DNA of 39,442 bases. It comes from Octopus bimaculoides. Its lineage: Eukaryota. The position numbers and the translations under genes are program-made. The stretch spans positions 35,591,841 to 35,631,282 of the forward strand of contig NC_068998.1 in NCBI RefSeq assembly GCF_001194135.2, read 5' to 3'. The notes under the pieces are model-generated. The model did no database searches and was not told where the DNA came from. It saw only the letters and a program-made list of their open reading frames with translations. Within the stretch, counting starts at the first letter, position 1. The number at the start of each line of letters is the position of its first letter. Of the stretch, positions 34,029 to 39,442 are shown piece by piece.

Positions 34029-34293
34029 CGATCTGTAATAATCTTATAAATAAAATATGTAGAGCATTTTCCGCTAAAATTTCATAGAAATTAATTGGCT
34101 CAACGTTACATTTCCAACCCACCTAGTGTACTTGAATGTAGCACAATTACTATACGGAATACTTGTTAAATACACACTTCTCCCATGGTTTATAGCGCTG
34201 GCCTGAATTTCTATAAACATGATATATCTTTGAAGTGAAGTGAATGTAACCAGTGTGGGAGTTAACAGTATTGGTTAGAGACAATATTGTGCT

Positions 34294-34469
34294 AGTGTCT
34301 TCTACTAAGATTCCTGGCCAATGAGCTTGTGAATGAATTTGGTTGATAGAAACTATGTAGAAGCCCATCGTATATGTGTGTGTGAGAGTGGGTGAGTTTT
34401 TTGTGTTTGTCTCTCAACCACTTAACAAACAGTGTCGGTTTGTTTATGCCCCCGTAACTTAGCGGTTCG
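34294..34469 (+). mobile_element. SINE family A central part, degenerate
   Basis: agtgtcttctact...gcttgtgaatgaatttggttgatagaaact...agaagcccatcgtata...cccgtaacttagcggttcg. Confidence 0.75.
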
Positions 34470-34593
34470 ATTTTTATAAAAGTACCGGACTTTTATAAAA
34501 GTTCATAATAAACAGGTATTCTTTAAAAGTTATATCGAAAATATGTTGTAAAAACTTTGTGGGGTGGGCCTTTATGCCAATAATAATGACATG

Positions 34594-34831
34594 CAATGGC
34601 TGAATATTATTTCTTTATTGATTGTCAGTCGGTTGAATATCTAACCAACTTACTAAGCGATCATTTGATTAATGTGCTGGTTAAACAATCAACATGGCAG
34701 TCCTTTTGTTCCTATTCACACCTAATCAATGACATATCTCCTCTCTTCAAGGTCTGCCTAACGATCGATTAGTTATTTGGTTAGATATTTAACCAACTGA
34801 CTAACAATAAATAAGTGATATTGAACCAGTG
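34594..34831. mobile_element. MITE-like element with ~60-70-bp imperfect terminal inverted repeats
   Basis: 34603-34662 and the reverse complement of 34763-34822 match at 50/60 positions. The match extends weakly to caatggctg / gaaccagtg. No clear TSD. Confidence 0.6.
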
Positions 34832-34936
34832 TGTATATTATTATAATTGGTGTAATGATCCTCCCGAGATACAACATAATTTGTTTCAACATACAAATTC
34901 ACATCAAGAATCTTGTAAACCAAATACGAAAACAAA

Positions 34937-34977
<41 letters not shown>

Positions 34978-35184
34978 AGAAATATGCCTACATTAAGTAA
35001 TAGAGCACAGAAACTTATAGTCCACGACACTAACAAGAATGGAACTTGCAACACTAAGAACAACAATAATAATAGAAATACAACTTGAACGATGAGAACT
35101 AAGCAAATAGAACGATGAGAACTAAGCAAAGCATGAATGATTCCAATGAATTCACTAATTACGATGACAAGAGCAATAACTCAA

Positions 35185-36140
35185 AACAGTATATGCAGAA
35201 TCTGAGTCCTAGCATCACTAATAGCGGTATTTACGCGTATATCTTAGATAATAAGATTAATACTTATAAACATATACACCACATGCATCACTCCAACAGC
35301 AATAAAATGTTGTCGTTTGGCAAGATAACCAAAAGAACGAAAGACATTAATTGGCTTATACTCCCGTATGCCATGAAAATTAAAACGGACTTAGCTAAAT
35401 CAATATTTAAAGTTATAAATGAATACTTTGATAAGAATAGCAGGTATTCGGAAATTATTAATAGTAAAGTAATAAAGGTAGGTTACAGTCTCACGCATAA
35501 CTTAGCTAGAATCATTTTCTCCCTAAATAACAAAAGAACTAAACATTTTCTTTTGAGATAGAAGTAACAATAACAACAACAACAGTAATAGTAAGAATAA
35601 AAATAATAACCCCCATAAGCACCCCAAACTTAATAACGATAACGCTCAGAACCATAATAACCCTTTCAACCTTAATACACATAGCACCAACCCACTAGTA
35701 AGTAATTATCCCCAACAGCACGACCTTTATGACTGTAGAAATAAAAATAATTGCGCCCTTGGAAATACTTGTAAAAGAAAAGATGCAATTTACCAGTGCA
35801 CAGTCACAACGTAGTTTAGTAAAAAGATATACATAGGAGCTCCCCAAAATGAAATGAAACGAAGACTAACAGCACACCAACACTATTTCAGAAACAGAGA
35901 TATGCTTAATTCGACTGGGTTAAGTAAATATATTCGGGAGCTTAAAGATAAAGATATTAGATTCGTTTTAGAATGGAAATTCTTCGCCTCCGCACCTTCC
36001 TACAATGTAAAAAATAAGAAATGTCATCTGTTAATCAATGAAAGATTTTTGACACTAGCGGCACACACCCATTACTTAACTTGAGGGAAGAGAGAAACAG
36101 AGCTTGCCAGCACAAGGATAAGTTTACAGCATTAGAGCCC
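35185..36140 (+). mobile_element. Penelope-like element, 5'-truncated (post-RT linker and GIY-YIG endonuclease pseudogene)
   Basis: INWLILPYAMKIKTDLAK...YSEIINSKVIKVGYSLTHNLARII, CRNKNNC...C....AIYQCTV, IYIGA...KRRLTAHQHYFRN...STGLSKYIRELKDK...EWKF...CHLLINE, LLNLREERNRACQHKDKF. The AT-rich 3' region to ~37700 may belong to it. Confidence 0.88.
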
Positions 36141-37562
36141 CTTTGCATCATCCCCACAAATAGCACCCAGAGCTCTTCACCACAGAAATAGCTCTAATAC
36201 TAAATGATGGCATATACCAACTTCCGAATTAAAGCTAGTTTAATAGTTTTACCCACCTAGGTCTCTTATAGGTAATCCAAGATTAATATCCCTGCACCAA
36301 CATATCCGAGTTTAAATCCCACCTCCCAGACATAACTAAATACATTTATTAATTTATCTCTCCTTAATATAACCTTCTCACTCCCTGTAATAATACCAGT
36401 TCTTTCAACTATAAACCTAATTTAGAATACAGAGGGCATAAGTACTCAATCCCCCACAAGTGAGCCTGTATCTGCCATCTCACCAATGGCTTTATTTGTA
36501 ACTAACTTTACTTTCTATACCATGTGTTAGCTTGTTTAACTTAGCTTAATTCCATTCTGGGCCTAATTTTTCAGTCAGCATATGGGTGTACTTCCATTTA
36601 TTGATGACCCCATTAGATTTACTTATTTCAGAAACCCCCCACCCCGAATAACATAACTTAACAACTTAATATTAACTTCATAGCTCTTCAGATTGTATTT
36701 GCTTGTACTGTGTACTGCAAAAGGCGCTTTCCTATGAAATATTATTGCCCTTAGGCATATTTTTGTATGAATGGAAGTGTAATTCGTGGTAGGCCCCATA
36801 TGTATGCACCCAAGCAAAGGTTGATATATCGACAAGGTTAGTAATATTAACAATATAATAATAATAATATATATTAAGTATGATTGAGCAAACTGTAGTA
36901 GGACCCGGTATCTGTAACTAAGGTGAATGTATTTAGAAATGTTTAGACAATTACTGTTTGTCTAAAGACCACTGCTTGGGTACTGTGGCTGTTACTTCAG
37001 AAGATAGCTTTAGTATTATAATTCTATAATGGAAATTCACTGTGTTAACCATTACCCCTCTTACTTTTTATTTACTTTTTTTATTTACATCTACTCGTAA
37101 AACAGTCTTAATAGCTTGCCCTTTGTTTTTAAATTTAACTGACCAATTATTATGAAAGCTTGACTTTGGTCACTCCCATTACGGACAATAGGTGGTTGGT
37201 TTTTACAATATAACAGTAAGTAAATAAATGTAATTAATTTATGGGCATGTTATTTGGATTAATATTAATTAGTACTATTGACATAATCTTAAGATCTATT
37301 ATGATTACTTCTAAACGTTATGGCACTATCACTCCCTCGTTTTCTAGACCTATTGGCGTATCCCGTTATGCTAAAGTACTTACTTATTTCACTTTGTTAT
37401 TATTTATACGCTCTATTACCCCTAAAGAAAGATTAACCCACCAATTAGTATTTCTAGTTTCGTCATTTACTCAACGGCCTGAAACGTTACGCTGCAAAAA
37501 TATATTAAGCCTTCACTCCTCTTCTCGAGACTCTTCTCTTTTCTTTCATTGTATGTATTTTT

Positions 37563-37685
37563 CTTCATTCTGATGAAGCTCCATGTTCCAGATCGGATGT
37601 TTTACAAAATACGACGAATATTATTCTCAGAATCTTCTTTGGCAACAGTGGAGGACATTGGAAGCAGAAACGGCTGTTAGATGGG
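37563..37685 (+). ncRNA. Minimal type I hammerhead-ribozyme-like motif
   Basis: CTGATGA (37570-37576), a, stem II gctccatgttcc (37578-37589) / ggacattggaagc (37653-37665), a, GAAAC (37667-37671), ggct, GTT. Helix I (ttcatt / agatggg) is weak. Confidence 0.55.
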
Positions 37686-39384
37686 ATAAAGTTTTGTATT
37701 AAAAAATAATAATAATCGATGGTAGTCAATTGATGTTGATCAAGATTTTCTGCATTTTCTGCTTAATTTAAATTTGCATATACATACATACATACATACA
37801 TANNNNNNNNNNNNNNNNNNNNNNNNNNNNNNNNNNNNNNNNNNNNNNNNNNNNNNNNNNNNNNNNNNNNNNNNNNNNNNNNNNNNNNNNNNNNNNNNNN
37901 NNNNNNNNNNNNNNNNNNNNNNNNNNNNNNNNNNNNNNNNNNNNNNNNNNNNNNNNNNNNNNNNNNNNNNNNNNNNNNNNNNNNNNNNNNNNNNNNNNNN
38001 NNNNNNNNNNNNNNNNNNNNNNNNNNNNNNNNNNNNNNNNNNNNNNNNNNNNNNNNNNNNNNNNNNNNNNNNNNNNNNNNNNNNNNNNNNNNNNNNNNNN
38101 NNNNNNNNNNNNNNNNNNNNNNNNNNNNNNNNNNNNNNNNNNNNNNNNNNNNNNNNNNNNNNNNNNNNNNNNNNNNNNNNNNNNNNNNNNNNNNNNNNNN
38201 NNNNNNNNNNNNNNNNNNNNNNNNNNNNNNNNNNNNNNNNNNNNNNNNNNNNNNNNNNNNNNNNNNNNNNNNNNNNNNNNNNNNNNNNNNNNNNNNNNNN
38301 NNNNNNNNNNNNNNNNNNNNNNNNNNNNNNNNNNNNNNNNNNNNNNNNNNNNNNNNNNNNNNNNNNNNNNNNNNNNNNNNNNNNNNNNNNNNNNNNNNNN
38401 NNNNNNNNNNNNNNNNNNNNNNNNNNNNNNNNNNNNNNNNNNNNNNNNNNNNNNNNNNNNNNNNNNNNNNNNNNNNNNNNNNNNNNNNNNNNNNNNNNNN
38501 NNNNNNNNNNNNNNNNNNNNNNNNNNNNNNNNNNNNNNNNNNNNNNNNNNNNNNNNNNNNNNNNNNNNNNNNNNNNNNNNNNNNNNNNNNNNNNNNNNNN
38601 NNNNNNNNNNNNNNNNNNNNNNNNNNNNNNNNNNNNNNNNNNNNNNNNNNNNNNNNNNNNNNNNNNNNNNNNNNNNNNNNNNNNNNNNNNNNNNNNNNNN
38701 NNNNNNNNNNNNNNNNNNNNNNNNNNNNNNNNNNNNNNNNNNNNNNNNNNNNNNNNNNNNNNNNNNNNNNNNNNNNNNNNNNNNNNNNNNNNNNNNNNTA
38801 TATATATATATATATGTATACACGAATGAGTGGACAAACGAAACAAAAGGGCATTTAACACATTTAGTAGGAGTTACAAGTATTATTTAAAGCAGTTTTA
38901 TTTGGTTCCATGCGGCTTAAGTTTCGCAGACCCCTAAGAGAACCCTATCTCTTTCAGGCTTGAGCAAACTGTTTTAAATGTGTGTGTGTGTGCGCGCGCG
39001 CGCATCCATGTATGTGTCGCAATTTTGCAGTTTATGATATAGTTTGTGATGAGTGTCATGCACAAAACTTGCGGGCGTTGGATTATTTAGATTCACAGTT
39101 AAATAATATTTGCGCGCGCATGTGGTGGGGTGCGTGCATGCCGTAATTTGAAAGGTCAAGCAAAGAGAAGACATAGTCATATAGACAAGAGTCATTCAGA
39201 CAAACGCATTAATGTTACTATTTCTAATAGAAGTTCTGTATGTAACAGAAGTACATACACACGTACACACACCGATGCTCGCACGCGCGCACACACGCAC
39301 ATAAGCACATAAAGGACATATGATCCAATGCGCACTCGTTTACATACGCACATACAAGTTGAGAGAAAGATGTATCTGTGGGCT

Positions 39385-39422
<38 letters not shown>

Positions 39423-39442
39423 TGTGTGTGTATGTGTGTGTG

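Larger units (their letters stand above)
899..38798. other. Assembly gaps (N-runs) at ~899, 2143, 3343, 4485, 5790, 7822, 12386, 17919, 23110, 25947, 31693 and 37803
   Basis: Direct reading. This is a span marker for the dispersed gaps, not one continuous feature. Confidence 0.99.

Noticed and set aside
35087-35130. 21-bp direct duplication (period 23) upstream of the Penelope remnant
   Set aside because: An ordinary slippage duplication in low-complexity sequence; the copies are adjacent, so it is not a TSD.
491-39312. The many ORFs rich in YI/CV/HT/ER/LS dipeptides or X-runs
   Set aside because: They are translations of microsatellites and N gaps, which lack stop codons; they are not genes.

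Overview
This is eukaryotic, AT-rich, repeat-dominated DNA from a gapped short-read assembly (12 N-runs, about 5 kb, almost all flanked by microsatellites). The SINE families, TTAGGG-type repeats, dense microsatellites and transposon mix point to a coleoid cephalopod, most likely Octopus; this is an inference from recalled repeat consensi, not a database hit. No complete host gene is visible. A few + strand segments have good splice signals and one open frame, so the window may lie inside a long gene. Recognisable content: a decayed CR1-group LINE with a second fragment, an RLE-type LINE fragment, a MULE transposase pseudogene, three mariner derivatives, Helitron and Helentron-type pieces, two Penelope-like GIY-YIG remnants, about 14 tRNA-derived SINE copies from three families, and a MITE. 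The most unusual item is a 317-bp insertion at 16813-17129 that splits a Penelope endonuclease. It has a 5-bp TSD, TGTTAT...ATAACA ends, a CCA-ended tRNA-Ser-like sequence lacking the anticodon arm, and three tandem copies of a primer-binding site for that same tRNA. Also notable are two hammerhead-ribozyme-like motifs and a 3' stem-loop shared, with compensatory changes, by the LINE and one SINE family. Family names rest on motif recognition and need confirmation against Dfam/Repbase.
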